64,000 nucleotides of DNA from Amoebophrya sp. A120 (taxonomy: Eukaryota; Protista; Dinoflagellata), in contig CAJINV010000002.1 in NCBI GenBank assembly GCA_905178155.1, positions 4,326,108 through 4,390,107 of the forward strand. Reading direction: 5' to 3'. A program made the position numbers and the translations under genes. A model generated the notes under the pieces. It did no database searches, had not been told where the DNA came from, and saw nothing but the letters and a program-made list of their open reading frames with translations. Below, one piece after another: positions 1 to 13,289 of this stretch. Each line of letters opens with the position of its first letter. Position 1 is the first letter of the stretch.

Positions 1-2195
1 GCTATTTCGAGGTCGCGTTGCTTCAAAACCCCCGGCAAAGATTTTCTGGGAAAGTCGCAAGAATTGTCGGAAGTTGTTGATTTTGCTCGTAGTTTTTTTT
101 TAGTTTTACCCGATCGGCGCTATCACGTTATTGACCGTTTTTGCTTTTGGATTGATGTTGTTGTAACCGCTGCATTATGCCTTCAATAAGCAAGTAAATG
201 TACTAAAGCATTAAAGCGACCCTGCTCCAACTAAGTGACCACCGCCCTAGCAGAAGTTGACTAGTGGTGGAGTCCCTCTTTTTTTTTCTCAAAAAATTCG
301 GCGCCAGCAATTTCAGTAATGTGACCATCGGCCGCCCGGGGTAGCACACCCCCTCTGCCGGCACATGCTGACAATTTTTCGCTCCAAGTGGCGAAGCGTA
401 GTTACATCGGCGCAAGAAAATAATTTTTGCCGCAGAAGGAAGAGACGAAGGAAAAGCAAAGCCATCTGGTGCCCCACGCGCTAGTAGTACGAGGAAAACT
501 AGTGCAAGAATGCTTTATCTGTTGTAAGAAGTGACAAGAAAGGGTATTAAGGTAGCAGCACAAATCACAATCCGACTATCCTCCTGTGTACCTGAAAGCA
601 AGATGACAATGATGAATTATGTCGAGCAGTCCGCAAGAATCTTTGGTGACAATGAATGTTGAAGATAGATTGCAGCTGCGTGCTACTACATCAACATTAC
701 GTCTTCGATTCGGAAAACGAAAAAACGTATGATCATCATCGTCGCACAAATAAAAAATACAGGCACTGACAGAAACGCGAAATAAAGAGCAACAAACAAA
801 TTCTGTTGACACCAGAATCAACACGAAATACGTACACAAAGAAATAGTTGTCGATACACAAATTTTACCAGTTATTTCCCTTTCCGTCAAGAGAAGAAGC
901 ACGGAGTCGCGTGGTAAGTACAGAAATATATTAAAATGCACGACGGCCAAGATATTCTGAAGTTCGTTGACATTATTTTCAAGCTTTTTTCAGTGCAAAA
1001 ACAAATGATTCTGAGATAGATATACCTGAAGAAGAAAAACCGAGCAGTTTTTGTTTGCACCTCGAAAGCGAACCGTTTAGCTATTCTTGGGGTAAGAAGA
1101 TAGAATGCGAAGATCACATCATGGCGTATATAGTTAATTACCGGAAAAATAGGTTCTACTGTCCTAGTATAATTTGTTGTTGCACCATCAAATAAGGGCG
1201 GAACATTAAAGCTGATGTGAAGGCTGCAGAAAAGAAGATTAACAAGAAATCAAGTTTACTACCTGATGTCTGGATGGTTCATAGATCGACAAAAACTATT
1301 ACTATCAGCAATAGTGAGCTTCAGCTTCAAAATATTACCAGACTGAAGTATTGCTATTGTCAGCCGCCCAAATTATAAGGTATTACTATTATTTGTACAA
1401 CTAGCTTTCTTGGTTATGATTTTCGCCCTGTCCTCATGTTGGTTTATTTGCTTGTGGTTTTGCACGATCGACCCCCGCCCGCAGTCCCGGGGATGGGCAA
1501 CGAAACATGCAAACAAGTATAGGTGAAGGTGAAGCTTTTTTTCGTTCACCACCTACAGCTACAACTGGATGAAGTCGTGGCCAGAATAATAAAAATCTTC
1601 GTTTTAGCTGGTGTCACGCTCAAAGCAGGCTCGTCTCGGTAGGTGACGGCAACAGAAGAACCGATTCATATGCAGCTCTCTTCGCTGTAGATGGTGGTGA
1701 AGATGAGCTTTGAGCTGCTTGTGTGTAGTAGTTCTACCACCTTTTCGACGAGCAGGTCTTTGATGTGTAGTTCTACCTTTTCGACGAGCAGGAGAGGAAA
1801 AAGTAGGTGACACTTATAACCAGAAGAGTTCAATGGAATCCTATGATTATCCTGTGGAAGAGATCAATGGAATTGAACAAGGTTCAGTTGGTTTTTGCTT
1901 CGATGATCATTCTCATTGAAGTTTGGCTTGCAGCACTTCTACAAGAACGTCTGTTAGTACTGGTGGTTTTATTTCCTTTACTTTTCGACAACTTCTTCGT
2001 GCCAATTTCCAGAATAGATTCATACAGTAGGTGCAGTTCTAACCATGTGTGTCAGTGTCGAAGTAGTAGTCATGTTCTTTGAGCAGTACTAGCTTCGTTA
2101 TCGTTTTTCTTTTTACATTTCTTGCTGGTAAGGAATTTGAAATTGAAATTCCAAAATTGAAATTGTAAATCGACACCACCTGCTGCTCCCCGAGG

Positions 2196-5100
2196 ATGTC
2201 TATCTCTTCGACCATGCGCGGGCGAGCAATGGCTGTGACAGGAGCTGCTGCCCTCAAGAAACTCCCGACAAACTCCACGCTGGGTAGTAGTTGTAGTTCT
2301 TCTCTTCTTTACTTCCATCGCTTGCTGATGAGCCTTTTCCTCCTTCTTGGCACCACCAGCATCTTCCACAAAGCAGGAGAAGTAGACGCCGCGCTTTTCC
2401 GCCTCCGCCAGGTGAACCGGGAGGCGGCAGAGCTGTTCAAATCCAATGACGAGCAGTGCACTTTTTACCACAAGAACCATTTATTTGATGGCAGTCGTCT
2501 TCACAACATCAAGCAAAGACAACAGGTACACAGTTCTTGTCAAGTGCACAACGACCAAGATGACGCGATCGACGGTTTTGGCGGGTTGCGGGAGATGGTG
2601 GCGGCATTGCATCTGAGGGATGAGGTATCCAAAAAAAAAAAACTGTGTAAGTGTAAATTTGTGTTGCAGAACATGCAACAGAGTTACACCTGTCATGCCA
2701 GAGAGCCATGAAGTCCTCTTGTTCATGTGTGTTTTCCCTTACAAGCTACGCGTGACAGGTTTTCTCTGTCATGTAGAGCAAATTTGGGGTGCTATTTCTC
2801 AAAGAAAGTTACACTTACACAGTCTTTTTCTTGCATATGAGGCGGCGGAAGAGGTGGAAGCGAAAAGTTCTGGCTCTTGTGGCGCACCGCCAGCATCTTC
2901 ACATCAGAGTTGTTCTTTTTTCCCGTTAGTGGGAGCCGCGCATGATGCTCATCTTGAGTCCTCGTCGCACGTGGAAGAACTACAAGCGGGTGGAGTAGAA
3001 GTTCCTGATGCTGAGCGATCAGCTCAAGAAGTGGTGAAAGACGAGTTGCACTGCCATTCTTCTCCCAGAAGCTGCGCCGGCGGCGCGTTGATATCATCTT
3101 CATCTTCGTCCCCCTGTGCAACTGGTTTTAGAAGTGGTGGCACCACTCGTCATCTGTGGTCCTCCATGTCATTGTCATCCTCCCCCGTTGCCAGAGCCCA
3201 AAGCGGAAGCGGCCACGACTGCTCCTACAAACCCGGGTCCTGTGGTCTTTGCGCGTTGAGGAAATACACAGAAGAATTGCGGACGAGCAGGAAAAATAAG
3301 AAACAGCAACTCGACCAGAACTGGTGCTCCTGGGGTGGTACTTCCGCCACTACTGGGATTGACAAAGAGAAAGATGCTGATGAGACGAGACTGAAGCAAA
3401 GGCGTCACGCTCCACATGTTGCACACTTTGTAGGAGCGGCCTGCGCGGATGACGATGAAGATGTATTCTCGCAGCAACATCACAGGAAGCCTGGTGCAGC
3501 GGCAGCTCCACCAGTATCCGGCGCTCCCCTGGTTCCTTTCTTCTGCTACCTCGTGCAGAACAAGAAATACCTGCAGAACTACTCCCCGCAACGGATTTTT
3601 ATCGACAGAAAAAGACCTAAGTATCCTGATCCATTTTGCTTATTTTGCATGACAAACACAGTCGTTCACGCATGCACTGCATGACAAATTTGATGGGGAT
3701 CATGATGATGATCGTGGCTCTTTTTTTTGTGGATAATTTTGCAGACCTTCCTCCACGGCCTCCGCCCGTTAGAAGAACAGTACGAGTATTACCAAATGCC
3801 GGCAGAGCCGCAATTCCCGGCCGAAGATTTGTCCCGAGGGAGAGGCAGGGCGATAGCTGCAGCAACGGGTGGTGGTGGAACAAGAAGTCGCGCCGCTGGT
3901 ACAACTATGGCGCAGCGCATTTTCACGCCGTGGGCGGCGGGAGGGGTGACCGGGCACGCGCCTTACCATGGTGGGGTGAACAATGGGCAACAGGGGCGCG
4001 GAGGATATCAGAACACGGGTGAAATAGAGCATCACATATGCATTGATATGTGTCTGGGTCTGGAAAGAACTTTTGATGTGGCTTGGACAATCATGCGGAG
4101 GCATCAGTTTCTTGCCGCCAAGCATGACAAGTTTTTGAGGTCGTCCTCGTTGTTTGTTACCCACGACTCTGGATGTAAAATGCGATGTTTGCGCCTGACA
4201 AAAAAGTGGGGTGCTTGGGTAATAACCACGCGCAGGACAGAGGACTTGAGAGTTGTCATGCCAGACAAGCATGACAAACTTGCATTCTTGTTCCAGACCC
4301 AGACACATTTGCACTGGATATCACACGGTGAATAACAACTCTATGCTCCAGCAAATCATCTTCAACCCCGTCCTCTACTGGGTTATATCAAATGCAAATA
4401 TGTCTGGAGACTTGTGATGCTGTTTGGCGCATCTTCATGTGGACGCCTTCATTGACGGCCAAGCATGACAAGTTTTGGAGTTGCTACTGCATGACAAACT
4501 GCGTTTCTGCATGACAGGGGGTTCGTCTCAATGAAATGAAATGAAATGGCAGAGAAGTGCGGCTTTTGGGTGGCGTGCATGACAGACTTGAGAGCCATGC
4601 TAGCCGTGCATGACAGACCTTGCACTCTTCCAGATCCAGACCCAGACATATTTGCATTTGATAGGTTACCAGACACAGCAACTACAGCGCGGGTAGACGG
4701 GGGAGGGAGCAGGGGAGGAACGGACAGGTGGCTCCTACTTGGACGGGTGCAGGATTGAATACGGCGAATGGAGGTGCTGGTAGTACTAGAAGTAGAGGAG
4801 GCACGACAGCGAATGGAGGTCCGCGAACAAACGGGACGTCCACGTCGCACAACAGCCGCATAATTGCGAATAACGTGCGTAGTCACGCCGTGAGGACGAC
4901 GACCGGGTTTTTGTCGCCGAGAGGAAGTAGACAGGTTTCGTCCCCGCAGGGGCGATCCTCGTCCACCCAAGAAGTCGTCAGGCCGATTGACGCACTGGAC
5001 ACTACATTGTACTGGCAGGACGTGTGGCACTGGTTACATTCGCTCCCGAAGTGCAGTTCAACAAGAACATCTTGTGGTGGACGACGAATATTGAATCATG

Positions 5101-8100
5101 CAGGAGCAGCTCCTGCTGCTCCAGCAGCATCTTCGCACGGGCGGTCGCCTAACAGCGACGGCCTGGAAGATTCTTCAGTGGACGACGACATTCGAGGCTT
5201 CCATGTCGCAAGAAGTCGGCCGGATGAGCAACTTGTCGGGGAAGATTTCCACGGAGCAGACGCGGCCGGGCCTGGGTCCTCGGGGCCAGCTGGTCATCGC
5301 GACCTAAGGTCCTCGTCAGGAAGTGGAGGTCCTCGCGAGCAGGACCATATTACGACGACCGGGAGCGGTTCAACTGGTTCATCTTCTTCGTCCTCCGCGA
5401 CGCATCAGCCTGCAGGTGGAAGTAGAACATCAACAGCAGCATCTTCAGGTGGGACAGCATCAACCAATCGAGGATACTACACAGGAACGCCAGAAGTAGA
5501 TGAGGACAACTCCACCTTCGCCGCAACATCCGCAAGCCGTCCAGCAACTCGTCGCACCGCGCACGGTAGCGGCCGCAGACGGACTTCCGGACGTCGACCA
5601 GGGACGTCTTCTAGGACTTCGCGGCCGTCAAACTCCAGGTGGTCATCCGCTGGTGCATCCTCGAGCAGTAGTGCGACTGAAACAAGATTAAGAAGGAACT
5701 ACCCCCGCCAACAAGAAAGCGCAGCAAGCACGTCGGGTCGCGCAGCTCGTCCTGCCAGTACTCCTATGATGTCTTTCCCACGCGGCGCAAACATGCTTGC
5801 AGCGGTGACAAGCAATATCCAGAGAAAAAAAGACCCATGATCTACTTCCCCGTCCAATTTGTCATGGGAAAGAACCATCATGCAATGTAGCAGCTGTGTG
5901 TCATGCAAGATGAAACGGATGGGGCTGAAGATCCTGATAGGTCTGTTTCTGTGGATAAGCAACACGATGGATCGCCAGGCTCCTTCGCAACACGATCAGC
6001 AGGGTCTTCGTCGTCCAGATCCCCATCTGCAAATCGCTCTCGCACCCATACCGCGCAACATGACGCCGATCAACCTTGCAGCAAATGATGTCTCTCCGAC
6101 TGATATTCTCGGTGCAGCATCCAGGAGTAGTGACATTTTGAACGTGTCTTTAGGTCCGCATCCGGTCGTGGTGAGATTGGCGAACCAAACGACAAGTAGA
6201 GGAGGAGTACACACTACGACTACGCCTGGCGGTAATCATCATGATGCTCCTTGTTCTTATGGGGCAGCAGCTGCTGCAGCTTCTGGCTCTGCATCGTCGG
6301 GGACGAGTAGTGGTACCAGCGGGGTTTTGGCGTTTGTAGCACCTGGAGCAGCAAGCTCGTCTTCGGCGCGACCTTCAACATCTTCTTCCGGAATCACACA
6401 AGAACTAGAACAACAGCTCGCGCAAGACCAAGGCCAAGCACCAAATTATACTGAGGAACAAATGGATTTGGATATGGAGTCACCTCTACACGTGGACCCG
6501 AGAACATCTTGTTCGCTGGTGGGCGACGACGAAACCACCAACAGCCCGCCGCAAGAAGAAGATGAACCAGTGGCACAGGGACCGAAACTTCGCGCGACGG
6601 GCTGGCGCCGCGTTGACTACTACAATGACCGCCGGTTCTACAACCACGAAGCCGTTTACGTCGGCCCGCCGGCGCACAAAAACAACGCCTGTTTCGCGAA
6701 TTATGAATCTGTCAGGATTGAAATCGTCAAAGTTGAAATGGTTTGCCATGCATAAAATGCAAGGCATGAAGTGCCTGTCTTGCCGGGATGGCAAGTGAGG
6801 CAGATTGTAAGCCTATTTAGGGTTTGGGATAGAGCTGCTAAAGGAGCATGACAAAAACACTCTTCTGTGCCCAAACAGCATGACAAATTGGATTTCGGTG
6901 CTCCGAAAATTTGTCACGCGCCGCTTGGAAAGTGGTCTTCCAACTGGTATCCATTTTATGCATGACAAATTCTTTCAACTTTGTCGATTTCAAACCTGGC
7001 GCTTCCATACGAACGCGGTGCGGCTGCTGATCAACGAGAATACCTTTGACAACATCGGTATGCATTGCAAAAGTATCGTACTCGTACCAATTGCACCACA
7101 GCATGACTGATCTTGTTTCTTAGCTAACTCGTCAGCATTGCAAATTTCGTTCTTCCTACTTCTTCTTTTGCAATGCATAATAGGAACGGACTGGGAGAAA
7201 GAGAAAGTGGAAGTGTATGCGCAGATGATCATTGTCGAAGAAGAAACTGAGCTGCATCAGGACGATATTGCCATGGGGGAAGATGAAGATGATGAAGACG
7301 CGGCAGATCACTCGAACTCGTCGCCCAATTCTGGTCGTGGCGGTGGCCCGGAGCTCGTATCCATCCTTACACTGGCGGACGCGAAAAAGAAACAGCACGA
7401 CAAACTGCGAAAGATGGGAAGCAGCAGCAGCAGGAGCAAGAAGGTTTTTAGTAGTGGTGCAGCATCGTCTTCGTCGTGGTCCGGGGCGTTTACTGCTGTT
7501 TCTTCCGCATCTGCATCCTCCGTGAAGGTGAAAACCATACCCAAAGCGTATTTTCTGGTTTTCCTGCGAGATTTCGTTCCGAGTGTGGAGGACGTTGAGT
7601 TGCAAGTCGGCACTCCTGCAGCAGGCGGGGCAGCCGCAGCGGCTCCTGCTGCAACGGTGATGGGCGGTTTGGATGCGATTGAGAATGAGAATCACAATCA
7701 GAATCAGGGTCAACAGGAAAGAGGTGGAGCGAGGAACGCGATTGGTCCGGCAGATTTTGAAGACACGGACACGCGGCTGAGCACTGTTGGGCGTCAGGCC
7801 CTGGAAGAGCACTACCTGCACGGAATCAACCAGGAGAGACACTTGTTGCAGTGGCAGGACGGGACTGGGACAAATCCAGCCCAGGTTGCAGGGGCAGGAG
7901 GAACACGACGACCAAGACCACCACAGGTCGCGGTTACGGAAGATGCAGGAGATGGCGCGGCTGCGCAAGAACTGGAGCCAACACAACAACTGGCACCACG
8001 ACGTCCGACGACCCCACTGCAGCGGCAGATCTCCATCGACGGCGATCAGCATCCAGCGGCCCAAGAGGCGCTGCGAGCGGAGCAAGAGAATAATATCAAC

Positions 8101-8693
8101 GCAGAACTACAAGGTGGACAACCAGGACGACCACGCGGAGCTGCTCCACGACCAACGCAGGCAGAACAACGAAGAACCCGGGAGCCGCAGCAACAAATCC
8201 TGGAGCCCTACTACTTCTCGGCGCTGGCGCTGTATGATGCAAACTTGAAATACCCGCTGTAAATTTCCCGTACACGACGTACAAATGCAGTCTCTGCATG
8301 ACAAAACTTGCATTCAGTCCTAGTCTAGCATGACAAGTTGGACTCTGCAAGGTAGCGAAATTTGTCATGCATTTTGTACATGTGCGGGAAATTTACATTG
8401 CATACGAAAAACGGGAGACAGATGAGCACGCGACGCAGCCCGAAGGCGTTGAGCTACCAAACCATGAGCGTGGTATGCATTGCAAAAGTATCCTACTCGT
8501 AGTAATTGCAGTCATGCATTACAAGTGTAATATTTCATAAGGTAAATCCGCATTACAAATTCAATTTGTTATGCTAAGGAAATTTGTAATGCAATTCATG
8601 CTAGTACGATACTTTTGCAATTCATGCGTGGCGAAGAGCGACAATTTCTTGCGGCAGGAATTTTCCTACCAAGAGTTGCAGGATTTGCTCTGA
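2196..8693 (+). CDS. Large low-complexity protein (~1554 aa after removing 9 introner introns); N-terminal hydrophobic segment; function unknown
   Basis: ORFs 2196, 2620, 3727, 4728, 5859 and 7138 join in frame once each TIR element plus one 5-bp DR is removed. Spliced length is 4665 nt (1555 codons), ending TGA 8691-8693. Confidence 0.75.
2626..2837. mobile_element. Introner family C
   Basis: TIR TATCCAAAA..ACTGTGTAAGTGTAA / TTACACTTACACAGT..TTGCATA; DR TGAGG; can also be read as GT-AG 2625-2841. Confidence 0.9.
3600..3735. mobile_element. Introner family E
   Basis: TATCGACAGAAAAA / TTTTTTGTGGATA; DR ATTTT. Confidence 0.85.
4037..4320. mobile_element. Introner family A
   Basis: GTCTGGGTCTGGAA / TTCCAGACCCAGAC TIR; DR TCACA. 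Confidence 0.9.
4386..4663. mobile_element. Introner family A
   Basis: TATCAAATGCAAATATGTCTGG TIR; DR GGTTA. Confidence 0.9.
5816..5957. mobile_element. Introner family E
   Basis: TATCCAGAGAAA / TTTCTGTGGATA; DR AGCAA. Confidence 0.85.
6702..7009. mobile_element. Introner family D
   Basis: GTCAGGATTGAAATCGTCAAAGTTGAAA TIR; DR CGAAT/CGAAC. Confidence 0.85.
7059..7179. mobile_element. Introner family B (internally shortened)
   Basis: TATGCATTGCAAAAG / CTTTTGCAATGCATA; DR ATCGG/ATAGG. Confidence 0.85.
8251..8404. mobile_element. Introner, singleton family K
   Basis: TGTAAATTTCCCG / CGGGAAATTTACA TIR; DR TGAAA/CGAAA. Confidence 0.75.
8474..8626. mobile_element. Introner family B
   Basis: TATGCATTGCAAAAGTATC TIR; DR CGTGG. 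Confidence 0.9.
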
Positions 8694-10157
8694 ACAGTTA
8701 CGTATACTGGCGACCACACTGGGGGACAAGCGTGGTCTTCTTTTTTGATCAACACAGTCGTGAGCGCTGTGCAATTGGACTAATTTTTCCTGTCATAGTA
8801 TTTCTTCGATTTTTAAGTATTGTTGCACTCAAAAAACAAAGATGTATGACTACCTCATCTCAACATGTGGCTCTCTTGATTTCAGCTTCTCCGAAAAAGC
8901 TTTTCTTTTTGAAGATACGAAAGTTAAATAATATACACCGGTACTGCTGGTCGTTGAAAAAAATGGATGACACGACAATTTTGCAGAAATCATCGAAAAC
9001 GCTGGTGCTTCACGCTTAGGCCAACCTCCTGTGAAAAGTAAAAAATGAATATGCACAAGCACGTGCACGGACTCATTTCCTATAATGTGTTTTGAAGTTT
9101 TATCGCATCGATATATTAAATTTTTGCTCCATTATGAGGCAGGCAGGTGCGATTCTTGGTACCCGACTTGACCCTGAATCAGATTGCAAAATTCCAATAC
9201 TCTTCTAATTACAAGCTCTTGAGAATACAACTGTCAGGGTGAGCTTCGGATTTGTATTTGACGGTAAAATTACTCATCCAGCTAAATCATGCATGATTGA
9301 TTTCGTTTGCGAATTCGATTTTGAAGCGGACTAGTTTTATTTTGGGTGATGAAGATCGGCCAACGTCAGGGTCGCCACCAGTATTTGAGAGTTCATCTTG
9401 TAATGTGCAACATCTACTCGTCTTCAGTTGAGCGATTTATTATCGGTGTCGCAGTCCCACCGTCGCTCGGTCAAATTCACTTTTTCCTTCGGTAATTGAT
9501 ATTTGTTTTGCTAGCTACATGATCGACTCTAGGTTTTTTTCTGCACTAGAAAGAAAGATCGAGCGTGGTCGGTCGTGTTGAAGAACGAGAAAAAAAAATC
9601 ATTCGGTCCTCTTTTGTTCATTGTAAGTAAGCTCGTGGTCGTGTTTTGGAAGTTCCAGTAGTGAAGAAGAGGAACAAGGTCGGCCTGGAATTTCTAGTTC
9701 TAGTACATCCACAGAAGATGTAACTGCCTTTGCTTTTAACATCTTTACAGGTCACTTACCACGCATATAATTAACACACTAACCACTACTAGAAGTAACC
9801 GGCAAGACGCGACGGATGTGCGAAGTGAGTCCTCTGAGTATGTGAGTAGATGCTACAGCTTTCTTGACAAGACACAACAACTCCGACCTCCTCGTTACTT
9901 CTTGAATACGAAAGCGATGAAACTAAAGTAAACTACATAAACCACCGCTTCAGCTGCTCTTCGACAATGTCAATGGCAAGTCTCGCAGCTGATGAAGTAG
10001 TAGAATCTATGAACAACAACCTAGAGTCGCGTTTTTTTTCTGGTGGAAATCGGGGAGGTAGGTAGTCTTCGGGGCGGGGGACCAGAGAATACAACTTTAA
10101 TAGCTTTAGGTTTACGTTTAACAAGGGACACAGGACACAAGCATCTTCAAATACAAA

Positions 10158-13100
10158 ATGGAGTCCGGGCGCATCTACGTCGACATCACGACGATTATTT
10201 TTCCGGTCTTCATGGGATGGAGCGCGGCGCTGTCGTTACTTTTTCCCGCCTTCTACAAAAAGTACTTCTGTTGCACTATGCGGAAACGGAAGGGCGATTC
10301 AGCATCTGATTCGCTGTACACAACGTCGTCATCCGGAATTATAAAAGCCTCATCGAAACAACAGAATAAAACTGGTACGAGAACAAAGAAGTCCGATAAT
10401 GAAAGATCCGAGTTGAACAAAGTAGCCGGGCCCTGCTCTACTACTTCGCCACATCAAGCAGACGCAGCAGTAGAGCCGGCGGCAGCGACGTCTGCAGAAC
10501 CCGTTGTAGAGCCGAATGCAGTTGAAGAGACTGGAGCTCCATTTCCACACGGAGCTGCTGTGAATACCACTGCTAGTTCATCTTCATCCTGCTGCTCCAC
10601 ACCTACTTCGTCTCGCGGAGGTTCTTCAGGCAGAAACACGATTTTTACTTCCTCACCGACTTCGGCATCGAAGCTGCTCTTGGAGGAGAAGACAGATATC
10701 ATGCAGCAGAACAAGGTAAACAACACGTCGGATAACGCTAGTAAAACCAAACAAGACGCTTCATTTTCATCAAAGCAAGGAGGATCGGCGAGTCGTTTAG
10801 AACACACAACAACTTCCTGGTTCAACATCATCTCTTCGGTCAACCTGAAGAAGTTCCTCACCGACTACTGCGATTCCATCAAGGTTCCCATCGACTTACC
10901 GCCGCTTATGGGGCTCTCAAACGTTACATTCTCAACTGTATAGGTACATGATTTGTCATGCAAAACCACTATCACTATTCACACGACCAAGCCTTCTTTG
11001 CATGACAACTTCTCGACGCGCTAAAGAGCACTATAATCCGTCCCAAATCTGTAATGCAGAAGGCGCAATCCTCCTCCTTTCACTTTTACCACTCTTGCAT
11101 TACAAATTCATGTAACAGTTGAGAGTGTAACGCTTGAGAACGCCATACCGCTCCCCATCACCGCGCAGCTGCCCGCGATCACTGTTTGGGTTTTGTTCTC
11201 CATCGCAGCAGAAGACGCGCTTTATATTGGGGTGTCGATTCCGATTGCCGTTGCGGGGGTGGTATCCTGTGCAAAAATATCGTACTCGTAGGAATCGCAG
11301 TCATGCAATACAAATCTAGTTATCACGGTCAATCCGCATTACAAATTGCATCTGTAATGCTGAGCCAGTTTGTAATGCAATTTCTACTAGTACGATACTT
11401 TTGCAATGCATAGGTGGTGAATTTAATGATTTACCCGCTGGTCTACGACCGGGACAGGTAAGTACTTATAGAGCTGCTTGTTCTCGAGGACCTTGATGAC
11501 CTTCTACTGCTTTATTGAGGAAACATAATTTAGCATGCTCTACTAGAAGTACTAGCCCCAAGATGAACTCAGTACCTGCGCCGTTTTCTCATCATTTCAT
11601 GCGCAAAAAACAAATGTTTATCTTCAGGTACTACCACCAGTTCCTCGCCCAGCTGGTAGTCGCGGTACTGATCATTTTTGCCTGCATTTTCTTTCTCGGG
11701 GTCGAAGATGCGGGTCTCTGCGCGACCTGGGCCAGCGTGCTCGGCGTCCCGTATTATACCTCCGCTTTGTTCGGGATGGCGACGGCGATTCGGGAAGGCA
11801 AGCCGGAAGCGTTGGGGTCGCTTACCATGAACTTCGCAGCGGTATGAAAGCCTCAGGTTGGAAATCCTCAAAGTATAATTTGTATGTAATGCAAAAAAAC
11901 GACTCCAGTTGAAGCGCAGTTTCAGTTTGTAGTCGGCGCATGACAAATTTCCCGGGCACTTAAAGCATGTCTGTCATGCAGATTAAGGCAAAGGGGTGTC
12001 CTTCTCTCGTGCTAAGCAGCACTCCAATTCTTCACCCCTAGCAGGACAATAGTCGGCCTCCATTGCATCCTCTGCAATGCAGTCTTTTTTGCGTCGCATT
12101 TCATGCATCACAAATTATTTCCACTTTGAGGATTTCCATTCTGAGGCTTTCATAAGCGGTGTGCGCGGCGGCCAGCTGGATGCTGCAGGGGTTGTTGGTG
12201 GCGAACGTGATCTATGAACTGCAAAAGTATCGTACTCGTATAAATGCATTCCAAATTTTCTCAGCACGAGAAAGAAAATTTGTAATGCTGATTTGCCTTG
12301 AGCTTGACGTAATGCAAGACCTGCATTTATACGAGTACGATATTTTTGCACAGCATATGATCGAGTTGTTCATCGGCTGTCTGTGCTACACGATAATCAA
12401 CGCTTGCGCACTAGTTTTGAACTTCTGTCTGCGGTCCGGGCCGGTGATTCAGACCATTTTGTCCAGTGGATCGGAAACGGAAAATATGGAAAATAATAAA
12501 ACTGCTGGAGGACTGCAAGAGCAAGAGAAGCGCAGCAGCGACGCTTCATCTACGTCAAATGAAGACAGGAACAAGGATCTCGACAAGGCCAAAGAGGTAG
12601 AGTTCACAAGCACGACAAGTTCCTCTCGGGATCATTACTTCAACAAAGTCGAATCTTCCTCTTCCTCCTCGCCGACGAAGGAGGGTACTGAAATTATGCT
12701 GTTGCGCAATGCAAGCACGACGAGCAATACAAGCACAGCCTTCTTCGAGGACCGGCCCAGTAACACGAGCACGCTGGCGTCGTCTGGTAGTGGCTATCAA
12801 ATGTAAAAATGTCTGGGTCTGGAAATTTGTGATGCTGGGTGGCGTCTCATGATGAGGCCACAAGTGCTGGCGCAGCATGACAAGTTTCTGAGCTCCTGGG
12901 TGTTGCCTATTCTGCATGACAAACTGCGCTTCTGCATCACAGAAAAACGGAGCTCTTGGGTAACGTGCATGACAGATTTAAAGAGTCATGCCAGACAAGC
13001 ATGACAAACATGCATTCTTCCAGACCCAGACACTTTTACATTTGATAGTGGCGGGTCAACGACGACTTTCCATGGCGCCGGTGGCGGTCCTCTCAGCAAT

Positions 13101-13289
13101 ACAAACTCCGCTTTGATGGTAACAACTCCCACAACCGCTGGCGCTGCAGGACAAGAGGGTATTAGTACCGCATCAACAGCATACGCGGCCCTCGCCAGCC
13201 AGGTATCCAAAAAACAGCACCCGCCCTCGCGCCCAAGCTTGGAGGATGTGTCGAAAGCGTTGGAACAGGTGGCAAGACCGTCGCTGTGA
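10158..13289 (+). CDS. SWEET/MtN3-like (PQ-loop) sugar transporter-like membrane protein, ~611 aa, with a long low-complexity insert after TM1 and a low-complexity C-tail
   Basis: Spliced product has about 7 hydrophobic helices with SWEET-like segments (LPITAQLPAITVWVLFSI; GVPYYTSALFGMATAIREGKPEALGSLTMNFAAVCAAASWMLQGLL). Contains 5 introners plus GT-AG intron 11458-11627; 1836 nt in frame. Confidence 0.65.
10907..11147. mobile_element. Introner family F
   Basis: TATGG..TCTCAAACGTTACATTCTCAACTGT TIR; DR CCGCT. Confidence 0.85.
11263..11412. mobile_element. Introner family B
   Basis: Family B TIR; DR GGTGG. Confidence 0.9.
11843..12154. mobile_element. Introner family D-like
   Basis: TATGAAAGCCTCAG..TGGAAATCCTCAAAGT TIR; DR AGCGG. 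Confidence 0.9.
12213..12357. mobile_element. Introner family B
   Basis: Family B TIR; DR TGATC. Confidence 0.9.
12795..13047. mobile_element. Introner family A
   Basis: Family A TIR; DR GTGGC. Confidence 0.9.

Noticed and set aside
1604-1813. Minus-strand ORF with a short duplicated segment (TTTTCGACGAGCAGG twice)
   Set aside because: Short, low complexity and without homology cues; the local duplication is real but uninformative.
7156-8085. Long minus-strand ORFs (also 16398-17294 and 29522-30160)
   Set aside because: Antisense shadows of + strand coding exons.
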